Source: Somniosus microcephalus
Lineage: Eukaryota
NCBI GenBank assembly: GCA_052327205.1
Contig: CM126215.1
Span: 62,496,001 to 62,560,000, forward strand
Direction: 5' to 3'
DNA length: 64,000 nt
The notes under the pieces were generated by a model. That model was not told where the DNA came from. It saw only the letters and a program-made list of their open reading frames with translations, and did not search any database. Of the stretch, positions 12,681-25,158 are shown piece by piece; within the stretch, counting starts at the first letter, position 1, and every line of letters begins with the position of its first letter. The position numbers and the translations under genes are program-made.

Positions 12681-15354
12681 ACCCATCTCTCTCTATCTAC
12701 ATTATAACTTCCCCATCTCACTAGCCACCCCTCACACTCACCCTCATCCTACTGCAAGCATACCAACTAAGAACACACAAGGGTAGGCACTTGGGTGGTT
12801 TATCCAATGGTCATGTGAAGTTTCTGGTAATGTGCTGTCAAACATTGAAATCTTTATTTTAAACACTTTGCGTTCCTGGACAGATTTATGTGCACCTTTG
12901 GAAGTGGCTTAGTGAGTTGCAGTGAATGGTGAGACATAGCGTTCTCAATCATTTCTGCAGGAACTACAAGAAACTCAGGTCAGATTTACAATTGCAGCGG
13001 TCTGGCACAAGAGGATATATCCCTCCCCAAAAGTGCATCAACTGTACCTGCAGTTTCTGTTGTCAATGTAATAGTACCATCACTGTTATTGACAAATTGG
13101 TCTAGGCTTCCCATTTTACTTCTCGTACTTGGGTTTCAATCTAGTCCTACTCTGCTGGCCTTGAAGTGTTTTTGCTTCTGCTGTGCATTATTTTATAGTG
13201 AGTAGCTTAATGCATTCGTGTTCACTTCCTGTGTGAATTTTTTATTGCAGTTGTTAACTCGTTTAAAATAAAGTACTCATTTGTTCCAAACATCAACTAG
13301 TTTGGCACTAATTTGGTTGTCTCATTCAGTAACGCTCCAAGAAGGTCAGGTGTCAAAATGTCATACCGATGCAGTAAAGTTTAATTTTCTGAGGTTGGTC
13401 TTGAGGCCAAAGTAGAAAAAGCCCTAAATTACATTGAACTTAATATTGGCACATAATAAAAATCAGGAACATGCTTAATTCCCTTAAATTCCTTCAAAAT
13501 TATTCATTTATAATTTGAAAGCATCCATAGAACCCAAGAGGCATATTGTAGGGTGTACACATTTAATTATCATGCAAGACTTCTAATCATCATGAAATAC
13601 CAGAATAGATTACATTTATTTTCTCATGTATTTCTTATTTTGCCTTTATTTTCCTTTCCAATTGTTCCTTGTATCATTTTCTCATCTTACTTCAATTGTG
13701 TACCTCCATTTCATCTCAGTAAAAGAGACCCTGGTGGTTACATCATTAACTATTTTATGCTCATCATCAAGAATCTCATTATTGATGTACTCTCAAAAAT
13801 AGTTATTTCCACCTTAATATATAACAATATTTTGTATCAGCATATATCAGCAAACTATAATGCTTCAGCACTTGTCTGAATGCTTTATATGAGCAATAAG
13901 TAAATTAAAAAAGTGACAAAATAGTTCATTTTGAAATCTCACTACAATCAACAGTAAGATTAAAACATTTTAATTTAAAATTTGACCTTTTTAAAATCCC
14001 CCCGAAAAATTCAAAAGCTGAAGGAATGGGACTTCAGTCTTGTAATAGTTACTTTTCAAAGAGGTTGATTGGCAGTAATTTACAATGATCAGGCTGTTAA
14101 AAGGGTACTTGCACTATTAATTACTAGCCCTAACTTTCTGTGGCGAGTTTAGTTTGTACCTACCCCACAAATACAGCAGCTTCACGACACTCAATCCATT
14201 TCAATGGTGAGATAGACAGCAAGATGCCATTTTCGCAAAGCTAACAGCAGAGCGGTGCAACTCAGACAGGATCTTTTGGATATTCGCATTTAACCGCGCA
14301 TCTGCCCCTCGCCTGAAGTTGCTGTACCATTTACGCTTAAATAACAGCTAGTGCCATTAGCCTCACCGTTATTTTGACAGTAAAATCTGGCCCGTTGTGT
14401 TTCTGTTTTAATTCTGTAGTATCTGTGTTACCTTGCCTTTCATTATAATGAATGGATATTCCTTCAGCTAGGATAGTATTTCATTAAGATTTGTCTCTTC
14501 ATATTCTGTATTTTTTCTTCTTAACACGTTCACAGTGACCTTCATTTCATACAGTGAGTTCATTTCTTGACTACAAAAGAGGAGAAAATTGCTTGAGAGA
14601 TTAAAACATTTTCCTCTCCCCAAAAGGCAACTGTCTCAGCCTACTCTCTATATTGGTTCCTAGAGTTAGGAAGTATCCAGTTCAGGTCACAAGGCAGCAG
14701 TACTATTATTACAGCCCTCCATCATCATATAATAGTACAAGTAGAGTCCACTCCCATAAAATAGTACACTCAGACCACTTACAGGAGCAACAGGTGCCAA
14801 GAAAGTATCAAGATCTTAATGATGAAACCTAGAAATTAAACTCTGCTCATAAGCTTCTGACTGCCAATGAGATTTCTATTAACTTAAAAGAATCAAGAGA
14901 ATAATCAGCAATTTTTGACCATCAGAAATTGATGGGGACATAACGTTTACAAAATCCACTGTGCATTGGCTGCAGTTTCGCTTTTCCAAGTTGTTTTCCA
15001 AACCTGACCAAACGCTTAAGTGATCCTAGATCAATTGAGCTAACCTACAAATCTCATGTCAAAGTGGTGAGGTATTTTATGCAGTATCATTTGGGTGTTA
15101 TTCAGTCTGCCAACTGTAGCATATAGTAAAGGAGCAATCACACATATAGGATCATGCTTGATGCCCTTTGTAATAGCATAAAGAGCTTAGCAGTGCTTCT
15201 GTACCTTACTATACATTGGGCCAGCTTTATTAACCTAAAGTGAGCTCATAAGGTTAATAGAGAATGAATTAAAGTGTCTGAGGTTTGCCATCATTCTGTA
15301 TTACAGTAATGTCACAGCACCATTTATTAATGTGTTCCTTTAACACAAACAAAT

Positions 15355-15560
15355 AGGAGCATAAAGAACAGGAGGAGGCCATTCAATTAGATCATGGCTG
15401 ATCTGTACCTCAACTCCATTTACCCACCTTTGCTCCATATCCCTTAATAACTTTACCTAACAAAAATATATTTGCCTCAGTCTTGAAAGCCCCAAATGTC
15501 CTAGCTTTTTGGGGGAGGAAGCTCCAGATTTCGACTACCCTTTGTGTGAAAAAGTGCCTA
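15355..15560 (-). mobile_element. CR1 3' end fragment (apparently resumes near 16220-16262)
   Basis: CR1 3' UTR ataaagaacaggaggaggccattcaattagatcatggctgatctg, interrupted by the L2 fragment. Confidence 0.6.
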
Positions 15561-16220
15561 TTTCCACCTCTGGAACATCGCCTGACTCCATCCCTGCCTC
15601 AGCTCATCTGCTGCTGAAAAACTCACCCATGCCATTGTTACCTCTAGACTTAACTATTCCAATGCACTCCTGGCTGTCCTCCTATGTTCTACCCTCCGTA
15701 AACTTGAGGTCATCCAAAACTCGGCTACCCGTGTCCTAACTCACATGAAGTCCCATTCACCCATCACCCTTGTGCTCGCTGACCTACATTGGCTCCTGGT
15801 TAAGCAGCGCCTCGATTTTAAAATTCTCATCCTTGTTTTTAAATCCCTTCATGGCCTCGCCCCTCCCTATCTCTGTCATCTCCTCCAGCCCCACAACCCT
15901 CTGAGATATCTGCACTCCTCTAATTCCGCCCTCTTGAGCATCCCCGATCTTAATTGCTCCACCATTGGTGGCCATGCCATCAGCTGCCTAGGCCCTAAGC
16001 TCTGAAATTCCCGTCCTAATCCTCTCCGCCTCTCTACACCTTTCTCCTCCTTTAAGACGCTCCTTAAAACCTACCTCTTTGATCAAGCTTTTGGTCATCT
16101 GCCCTAATATCTCCTTATGTGGCTTGGTGTTAAATTTTGTTTGATAACGCTCCTGTGAAGTGCCTTGGGCTGTTTTGCTATGTTAAAGGCGCTGTATAAA
16201 TGCAACTTGTTGTTGTTGTT
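15561..16220 (+). mobile_element. L2 LINE 3' end
   Basis: SPITLVLADLHWLLVKQRLDFKILILVFKSLHGLAPPYL and the L2 tail ttaaaggcgctgtataaatgcaacttgttgttg. Confidence 0.85.
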
Positions 16221-17496
16221 CCTGATTTTGTTCCTGAATGGCCTCGCTCTAATTTTAAGATTGATGGAACTGTATATTTTAAGAACAATTTCTGTTTTCT
16301 TCTTTTGCTTGTAGCTGATAAAATAGTGTACAAGTAAATGGAAAGTATATTAGCATGCCAAAAACCTCCTATGTATTAAACCTTATTAAAAACTATAAAA
16401 GATCTAGATTGCAGTTTGTGTACCCCTGTTTACAGTAGGACAATCACTAGGAACAGTACACAAACAACCGTTTATTGACCAGCTCTATGGGAACGAATCT
16501 TAAGTTACAAGAAGAGAACAATTTCCGTAATCATTGATATATTTCTGAAAAGTATTGTAATAATAGCATAAAGAATAGAAAACTACAGAATTAGCTTCAT
16601 ATTCTTTGATATTTTATTACATAGGGCAGCATCTTAAATAAAGATTAGGATTTGATAATAAACATTGTTCAAAATTCACAAACTGTTCACAGCTCCTCTG
16701 AAACCATTGTGCAAAAGATCCATAGAATAAAGATATAAATTAACAAAATGATTTTAAATAGTATAAAGGCACAGAAGGTGGCCATTTGGCCCATTGCACC
16801 TGAAATAGCTATCCACTTAGGCAATTTTTTCAAGACACTTTTGACTAGTTTGGAATGCCGTAATGCGTTTCGAAACGAGAATATATTGCTAAAATTATGT
16901 CATTATGTCATCGGTAAAGTCTAACAGGATAACGTGTGGCAAAACTATGGACAATTGCTGCAACTTCAAAATGTGCGAGATAGCGGCATCACGGCATCAG
17001 TCCCTTGGCTTGTTGTGAACACATCAGAGTGAACAAGGTGTTACAGATGGCATGGCACAGCTCCATGCCATTGTTTTTTGTGAGCTTTGTTTGCAGCCTG
17101 CAGTGGGGGCTGAGCTCCAGCACTACAGGCAGGGGACACGATTCAGCTTTGAGAACTGACTGTTTTGCAAACAGAATTAACTGTTCTGAATTGGACAATA
17201 ATACCGCTCGTGCATGATGCTGTAAATAGGTAACCCATTCATTATATGTGAATAGTTTTCCCATAAAGTAACATTGCCAGCTATTCAGGTTGATTTTATT
17301 ACAACAGAACAGGTAATTAGTTAAGAAGGTCATTGGCATTTATTGTCCAATCACATACAATAGCTCATTACCCACTGCCAGCCATTACAGCAGGAAATGG
17401 AACACTTCTATGTCCATGCATGTCAGGACAAAATGCACAAAAACTGAGGGGCACAGTGTAATGCTTTATCCTATCAATGCTATACACATTGCCAAT

Positions 17497-18202
17497 GGCC
17501 CGTATTTTCTAATCCCTATGGGTGTGTACGGGCTGTGTACACACCCATAGGGACCGCGAAATGCCGGTTTCAGGCATGCGCTGAAAACTGGCATTTCTGA
17601 TCTGTCAAGAATCCTCTTGACAGATCGGACGCCTGCCCTGGAGAAGGGCCTCTGTGGGGGGAGAGTTCCGCTTTCTGCAGAACCTCCGCCCGCTGAAAAC
17701 CCTTAAAAATCTTACGCCTAGTAAAAGCAGGTGTAAGGCCTTTAAAAAAGTTTAAAAAAATGTTTTCGCTCATTTATAATTTTAAAATACTTTTTTAAAA
17801 AAGGTAAGTTTATTTTTAGCCCTGTAAAAAACGTATTCAAAACATAAAATTTTTGTTTAAAATATTTAATTTAATCTCATTTTAACTCATTTTAAAAATG
17901 TGATATAAAAAAAAAATTATTGAATGTTTTGATGTGATTTTGGAGTGATCTCCATTCATATATTTGACAGGTCTATCTGTCAAAAGTATGAAGGGGGATT
18001 CCCTTCTCCCATTGGCTGCCCATGGCCCAGGTGATCCCAGGGACACTTGCGAACCACGTGTGCTCCTGGGATACGTGGGCCCTGCGCATTTCGTCATGGA
18101 CAGGCCCAGGAGAGGAAACGGCCGGACCTCAGGAGCCCTCAGGTAAGGGCGTAGATTGGAGGCATCCGCATGCAGGAAGCCTCCGATCGGAAAATAAGAG
18201 CC
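17497..18202. mobile_element. Harbinger-like MITE, family A copy 2
   Basis: TIR-like ends GGCCCGTATTTTCTAATC / GATCGGAAAATAAGAGCC, flanks AAT and ATT, colinear with the other two copies. Confidence 0.75.
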
Positions 18203-18629
18203 ATTGTTTTGGCCGTCAAGTAATTCGAAATCAATTCAACAATTTCTGTTTTTTTAAGTCCCTTCAGAATTTGTAATCATTAATAAAGTCATTAGTCGTT
18301 GCTTTTCTTAGGATGAGGCCTTTGGGGAGAGGGAGAAGAATAAAAATAAATGAAATATTCAAATATATTAAATTATTCCAATAAACCACCATGAAAATAT
18401 TACCTTAAATAAGCAATTAACAGCACAGGAAACCCTTGAGTACTGAACTATTTTCACAGCTTTCAAAATAAACATAATTATACGCTTGCCAATTCTTCTG
18501 TTTCCATGCCTTTGTCTTGATTTCACTCTACTTTGGCACATTCCGTGAGAAGGATCCCCTCAGGTTGCTAGCGCTGCCGACTGTCATTCTTCTCTTTCCC
18601 TTTACTATAACTGGTTCACTAATGTCCTT

Positions 18630-18815
18630 CAGAGAAGGAAACCTGCCATCCTTACCCAGACTGGCCTATATGTGACTTCAGACCTACACCAATGTGGGTG
18701 ACTCCAAACTGTCCTCTGAAGTGGCCATTCAATTGTATCAAACCGCATTTTCAGGGCAACTAGAGGTGGGAAATAAATGCCGGCCTTGCCAGTGACACCC
18801 ACATCCCGAGAATTA
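18630..18815 (+). mobile_element. SINE 3' portion sharing its tail with the 23165-24595 LINE family
   Basis: Tail agggcaactagaggtgggaaataaatgccggccttgccagtgacacccacatccc is the reverse complement of the LINE end at about 23170-23230. A related minus-strand copy lies at about 57180-57500. Confidence 0.6.
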
Positions 18816-19160
18816 ATTGTTAAAACTCTGAATGGTTTCTTCCGTAACCCTCTTATTCTCATCAGATTTCAATACAAAAGTGCTGTTAAACTTGGCATTT
18901 GTGACAGCCCTAGCAATTACACCTGTATTTCTCTGATAAATATTTCGAATAAAAAGATTGTTTTAAATGTTGTCCTTTTTTATTATTATTATATCAAACA
19001 GCCTAGCTCTCAGAATTTGTTTTCTCATTCTAAGATCTAATTGTATTGTAAGAAGAAGAACAGTCACCAAAGCTGTTGTATTACTTGCACTTTCAGAAAT
19101 GACCAAGAGAGGGAGAAGAGCGAACTAGAGGTAGTGGTGCTAAGCATGAACAGTTATATT

Positions 19161-19844
19161 GGGCCAGATATTCCGATCCCTATGGGTGGGTACGCACTGT
19201 GCATGCGCTGAAAACCGGCATTTCCGATCTGTGAAGAATGGTATTGACAGATCCTCCGGCTGCCCCGGAGAAGGGCCTCCATGGGCGGATAGTTCCGCTT
19301 TTTGGAGACCCTCCACCCACAGAAAACCCTTACAATTCTTACACCTGGTAAAAGCAGGCGTAAGGCCTGCTTTTACCAGGATAAGAGTTGAAAAAAGTTT
19401 TTTAACTGATGTATCATTTAAAAATACTTTTAAAAAAGTTTATTTTTAGCCCCGTAAAAAAATTTAATGTTTTTTTCAAAAAATTAAATTTTTGTTTAAA
19501 ATACTTTATTGTAATTTCAAGTCATTTTAAAAATGTGATTTTATTTATTTATTTAAAGTTTTACTATATTTTTTCATTGATCTCCATTCATATATTTGAC
19601 AGGTCTTCCTGTCAAATGTATGAAGGGAGATTCCCTTCTTTGATTGGCTCCCCATGACCCACGTGATTCCAGGGACGCTGCGAATGATCTGCGCCTCTGG
19701 GATATGTGGACCCTGCGCACTTCAAGTTTGGAGAGGCCCAGGAGCGGAAGCATGCGTGTCCCAGGAGCCCTCAGGTAAGGGCGTAGATTTTTCCAGATCA
19801 CAGGCCTCCACCCGCGGGAGGCCTGCGATTGGAAAATATGGGCC
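19161..19844. mobile_element. Harbinger-like MITE, family A copy 3
   Basis: 18-bp imperfect TIRs GGGCCAGATATTCCGATC / GATTGGAAAATATGGGCC with a 3-bp ATT TSD. Confidence 0.8.
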
Positions 19845-20040
19845 ATTATTCTGTCAACAACGAAGGTTAACGCTGGGTATGTAAACAGCAGTTGCTACCC
19901 CTGTATTTGTTCTCGGGCTTATAATGACATTGGAAGGCCAGAATACCAAAAGACACTGTTTAATTTAGTAGGCTACTGTGTTGTAACAGAAGCAGTGTTC
20001 AATAGATTAGTTGATTTTTGGGTTGCCAACCCTCCCGGAT

Positions 20041-20391
20041 TCACAGAAATCACAGAAACCCCACAGTGCAGATAGAGGCCATTTCGGCCCATCGAGCCTG
20101 CACCGACACATATCCTGCCCGATCCCCGTAACCCCTACACCAACACATATCCCACCCTATCCCCGTAACCCCACGTATTTAATCCCCCTAACACCAAGGG
20201 TCAATTTATCATAGCCAATCAACCTAACCCGCACATCTTTGGACTGTGGGAGGAAACCGGAGCACCCGGAGGAAACCCACGCAAACACGGGGAGAATGTC
20301 TGTGTGGAGTTTGCACAGTCGCCCGAGGCCGGATTCGAACCCGGGTGCCTGGCGCTGTGAGGCAACAGTGCTAACCACTATGCCACCGTGC
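20041..20391 (-). mobile_element. HE1-type V-SINE, full length
   Basis: tRNA-like head (gcacggtggcatagtggttagcactgttgcctcacagcgccaggcacccgggttcgaatcc), V-domain (gggtttcctccgggtgctccggtttcctcccacagtccaaagatgtg) and a CR1/HER1-like tail. Confidence 0.9.
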
Positions 20392-21694
20392 TGGAGTCTC
20401 CAGGAATGGAAGGAATGAATAATCTCCCAAGCATTGCTGTGAGCAACACTGGAGTAAGTGTGGAAGTAGAGTTTGTGGTTTGCACCATTATGCGTGTGTG
20501 GGACGTCTTGTGCGACAGCTTCACGTTATGGAGCCAAACCCTTCCTGACCCAGTCTCATGAAGGAGAACTTACGAAAAGCTGCGCTTAGCGGTATGGAAT
20601 GGTCAACACCGGGAAATGGCAGTGGCGACGCAATGCGATTGCCAAGTTCAGACCAAGCCCAAAACAGGCCAAAATATGTTAAGCCACAAATAGAGGTCTG
20701 GTTTAAACAAAATTGAAAAATTGAATTGACTTCAAACCATGGCCTGGAATTTCCTGAACACTTGCACCATTGTAATGGCACATCTACCGCAGACGACAAT
20801 ATTCTAGTGCAGAAGTTACAGGAAATTATGGCGTGAGTGAGTTACGCTAGTTTTCACTCCACACCAGCATTTCCTGGGCTATTTGTGCTGCACCACCGAT
20901 TCCCTTGCCCGAACAATGAGAAGTTAGTTATCATTATCTTTCCCCCCATTAAAATCAATGACAATTGCAAATTTCCTGAATTAACGCTTGTTTTCTCGCC
21001 ACTCAAAAATAATGGCGCTGGTGGGACAACATCTTTTTACCTTGTACAAATGCCAAGCTGTGTTGTCTGTACAGTGTCTAAATATCACTAAATTAAAGTG
21101 GCAAACTATTTATTGTGTGTCTATTTTCCAGAGCAAAAATGACTTTATTCCAATTAATGAAACAAACAAGTATAACAGAAAAATGATTTTCCCTGAAATC
21201 TAGCTAATCTTAAGCAGAATGGGGGTACTGACTCTTCCAAATATATCCACCCTGGTGTGTAATGAATACTCGGTATATGTAATAATATAGAAACACTGAA
21301 GGTGCATAGATTGCCATCAAATATTGTCTTACAGATAATGGTACTAAATGTTTTTAAACATTTCGATATAAATTGTGATGTTTGTAACTTTATCACCCAG
21401 AAGGAAGAGTCCATTTTGTACTTATCAAATAGGATTCCAAATCATAGGCTGTACCAGAACAGAGTCAGAAACAAACCTGAACTTGGTAACAATATGCTCG
21501 TGTCAGCTCTGTACAAAACTGGATTCAAATTTGGCTCTATGTTTCAACTTCATTGCAATTATTGTTATCTAATAATTTAATGGTATCTGCGATGTTTGTG
21601 AAATCCTTGTGAATTCAGAATATTCACCAAAAAGACTTGCAATCCCATTGATTTTAAAGTTTACCCTTCATTTAACTATTAAAAGTAACAGAAC

Positions 21695-21856
21695 AAAGAT
21701 GTGCGGGTTAGGTTGATTGGCTATGATAAATTGACCCTTAGTGTTAGGGGGATTAAATACGTGGGGTTACGGGGATAGGGTGGGATATGTGTCGGTGCAG
21801 GCTCGATGGGCCGAAATGGCCTCTATCTGCACTGTGGGGTTTCTGTGATCTGTGAA
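21695..21856 (+). mobile_element. 5'-truncated HE1 V-SINE copy
   Basis: Near-identical reverse complement of about 20045-20241. Confidence 0.88.
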
Positions 21857-22384
21857 CTATCATAGTTACAAATAAAAACAACTGTATTTTGCATTACTTA
21901 TATAAAGGTAGGTTTTCAAGACAATTATTTTCTTTATATGCAAGTTATTTGCGCTATCAGAATTAATTACAAAGATGTACAGATAGGGGCAGTGTAATAA
22001 TGAGTCTATTCAGGCTTTAATTAATGACTTCAAAAAAAATCAGAATATTTTAATGTTTGACTTCACTTAAGTAAGCAGAACCGTAATATTGATTGTGCAT
22101 TCATTACCCTTTAAAATTTATATGTATTCTGAACACAGACATAGGGCGAAGGGCTTTCAATAAACAGAAACGTACACTGTGGGTTTACTTGGAAATGGCA
22201 GTGGTTCTTGGAAACCAAATTATATGCCATATAATTTGTACTTATGTGGTATTGATTTACATTAAGTATGCTAATGCACTTTTTAAATTGGCTGTCCAAA
22301 ATGATATTGGACAGTGAGAACAAGTGAAAAGACTGTTTCCATTCCTGAAGGTGAAGGCAGTTCAATAAAGAAGTTATGTTGCTG

Positions 22385-22630
22385 TTGGCACAGTTAGTTT
22401 GACTGCTGTCCTTTCACCTCTAGAACCTGGATTCAAATCCAGCCAGACTGATTTGGATAAAAGCCTGTCTCATTGCCAGCTGTTAGGGTTCTATACAAAA
22501 TGGGTTTTGGCACAAAATGGGTTTTGGCAATGTAAAGTCAGATCCTGGTGGACATAAGTCCACAAAAGAACCAATAATTTGATACGAAATTGGCAATTTT
22601 ACTCAGTGAAACCCATAGAATGGCTGATTT
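22385..22630 (+). mobile_element. Ancient LF-SINE-like relic
   Basis: cctttcacctctag..ctgg.ttcaaatccagcc, cctggtggaca..gtccaca and aattggca motifs occur in the order I recall for the LF-SINE consensus. Highly diverged. Confidence 0.5.
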
Positions 22631-23164
22631 GGGAAAAGGAAGTACCAATATAAAATTTTAGTGTCACAATATGCAATGCATAGTCATCTATAAGTTAAAG
22701 GCTAAATTTTGCCCCATCAATAAATTTCCATGCCACTTTGTGGGGGAGGGGTATATCCATAAAATGCAGCAGATACGGCAGAAATTTAATTTTACAAAAG
22801 GGCTGCCACCACATGGGACTCAACCTGCAGATGCTGAATGAATGGTGAGAAATAACAATGGTGAGAAATCGCCACTCAAATCTGCTATATTTTAAGTGAA
22901 ATAGTTCTGCATACCAGGAGTTTTTTGTGCCATTTTAAACACCATTTTTATTTTTGCACATTATGGATTTGAGGAGGGGAGTGCCACTTCACCTCTCGAT
23001 GCCATCTGTGGTCACACCCCTCTGGCATCCCAGCAAATCAGACAAGGCAAAAGACCATGCTACATCAAACTGCTAAGTAAAAAAGATTTTAGTAAGCACC
23101 TTGCGATGTTAAAGGCGCTATATAAATGCAAGTTGATGTTGTTGTGGGTATACAATGGTTTTTT

Positions 23165-24595
23165 TTTTATTCGTTCATGGGATGTGGGCATCACTGGCAA
23201 GGCCAGCATTTATTGCCCATCCCTAATTGCCCTTGAGAAGGTGGTGGTGAGCCGCTGCCTTGAACCGTTGCAGTCCGTGTGGTGAAGGTACTTCCACAGT
23301 GCTGTTAGGGAGGGAGTTCCAGGATTTTGACCCAGCGACGATGAATGATTGGCGATATACTTCTAAGTCAGGATGATGTTTGACTTGGAGTGACTTGGAG
23401 GGGAACTTGGAGGTGGTGGTGTTCCCATGTGTCTGCTGCCCTTGTCCTTCTAGGTGGAAGAGGTCGCGGGTTTGGGAGGTGCTGCCGAAGAAGCCTTGGC
23501 GAGTTGCTGCAGTTCATCTTGTAGATGGTACACACTGCAGTCACGGTACGCCGGTGGTGGAGGGAGTGAATGTTTAAGGTGGTAGAAGGGGTGCCAATCA
23601 AGCGGTCTGCTTTGTCCTGGATGATGTCGAGCTTTGAGTGTTGTTGGAGCTGCACTGATCCAGGCAAGTGGAGAATATACAATCGCACTCCTTACTTGTG
23701 CTTTGTAGATGGTAGAAAGGCTTTGGGGAGTCAGAAGGTGAGACACTCGCCACAGAATACCCAGACTCTGACCTGTTCTTGTTGCCACAGTATTTATGTG
23801 GCTGGTCCAGTTAAGTTTCTGGTCAATGGTGGCCCCCAGGATATTGATGATGGGGGATTCGGCGATGGTAATGCCATTGAATGTCAAGGGGCGGTGTTTA
23901 GACTATCGCTTATTGGAGATAGTCATTGCCTGGCACTTGTGTGGCGCGAATGTTACCTGCCATTTATCAGCCTAAGCCTGAACGTCGTCCAGGTCTTGTT
24001 GCATGCGGGCATGGACTGCTTCATTATCTGAGGAGTTGTGAATGGCACTGAACACTGTGCAGTCATCAGCGAACATACTCATTTCTGACCTTATGTTGGA
24101 GGGAAGGTGATTGATGAAGCAGCTGAAGATGGTTGGGCCTAGGACACTGCCCTGAGGAACTCTTGCAGCGATATCCTGGGGCTGTGATGATTGACCTTCA
24201 ATCACCACAACCATCTTCCTTTGTGCTAGGTATGACTGCAGCCAGTGGAGAATTTCCCCCCCTGATTCCCATTGACTTCAGTTTTATTAGGGCTCCTTGA
24301 TGCCACAATTGGTCAAATGCTGCCTTGATGTCAAGGGTAGTCACTCTCACCTCACCTCTGGAATTCAGCTCCTTTGTCCATGTTTGGACCAAGGCTGTAA
24401 TGAGGTCGGGAGCCAAGTGGTCTTGGCGGAACCCAAACTGGGCATCAGTGAGCAGGTTATTGGTGAGTAAGTGCCACTTGAAAGCACTGTCGATGACACC
24501 TTCCATCGCTTTGCTGATGATTGAGAGTAGACTGATAGGGCGTTAATTGGCTGGATTGGATTCATCCTGCTTTTTGTGGACAGGACATACCTAGA
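23165..24595 (-). mobile_element. 5'-truncated non-LTR retrotransposon (CR1/L2-group RT), 3' half
   Basis: QFGFRQDH..DLITALVQ, LDIKAAFD, VPQGSVLGPTIFSCFINHLP, MFADD, with frameshifts and a poly-A-like tail at 23160-23170. Confidence 0.85.
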
Positions 24596-25051
24596 CAGTA
24601 TTATAAAGTCTTAACAGCTGAACCAGATGCAAGCCAGAATCTTTCAAATTTTACAGTTAAAAATTTTAAGCGATCCAGACATACAAAACCTTGTTTGATT
24701 AAATGTTTGATTTTTGGGCGGGGCGGGAATACAAAGGGTGGTTTATTTTTGCACTTATCAAAACAAGGAATATCAGTGGTGAGAAATGGAAATTAAAAAA
24801 AACGTTTTTAAAACTCACTGCCAGCATTAAGCACAACCTGGACAGGAATACCAGATAGATGCAGATTAAACCTCCCGTTATGTTCCCCCACTGTTGTGCT
24901 TTAACTTCGGCCTCAGAAGGGTTTGCCTTGCTACTAAATTTTGAAAATGTGGAATATTCTGGCTTGCTCCTGTATAAACTGTTAATTTTAAAAGATATAT
25001 GATTAAGAACCGTTCTTTGCTTGTGGTATGCTGGATGCCAGGTGGTACCAT

Positions 25052-25124
25052 GCCTGGATAGCTCAGTTGGTAGAGCATCAGACTTTTAATCTGAGGGTCC
25101 AGGGTTCAAGTCCCTGTTCAGGTG
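25052..25124 (+). tRNA. tRNA-Lys, anticodon TTT
   Basis: GCCTGGATAGCTCAGTTGGTAGAGCATCAGACTTTTAATCTGAGGGTCCAGGGTTCAAGTCCCTGTTCAGGTG: 73-nt cloverleaf, intact A and B boxes, TTTT terminator 4 nt downstream, no encoded CCA. G1:U72 in the acceptor stem. Confidence 0.9.
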
Positions 25125-25158
25125 CTGCTTTTATTGAGATAGAGGATCAGCCATGATC

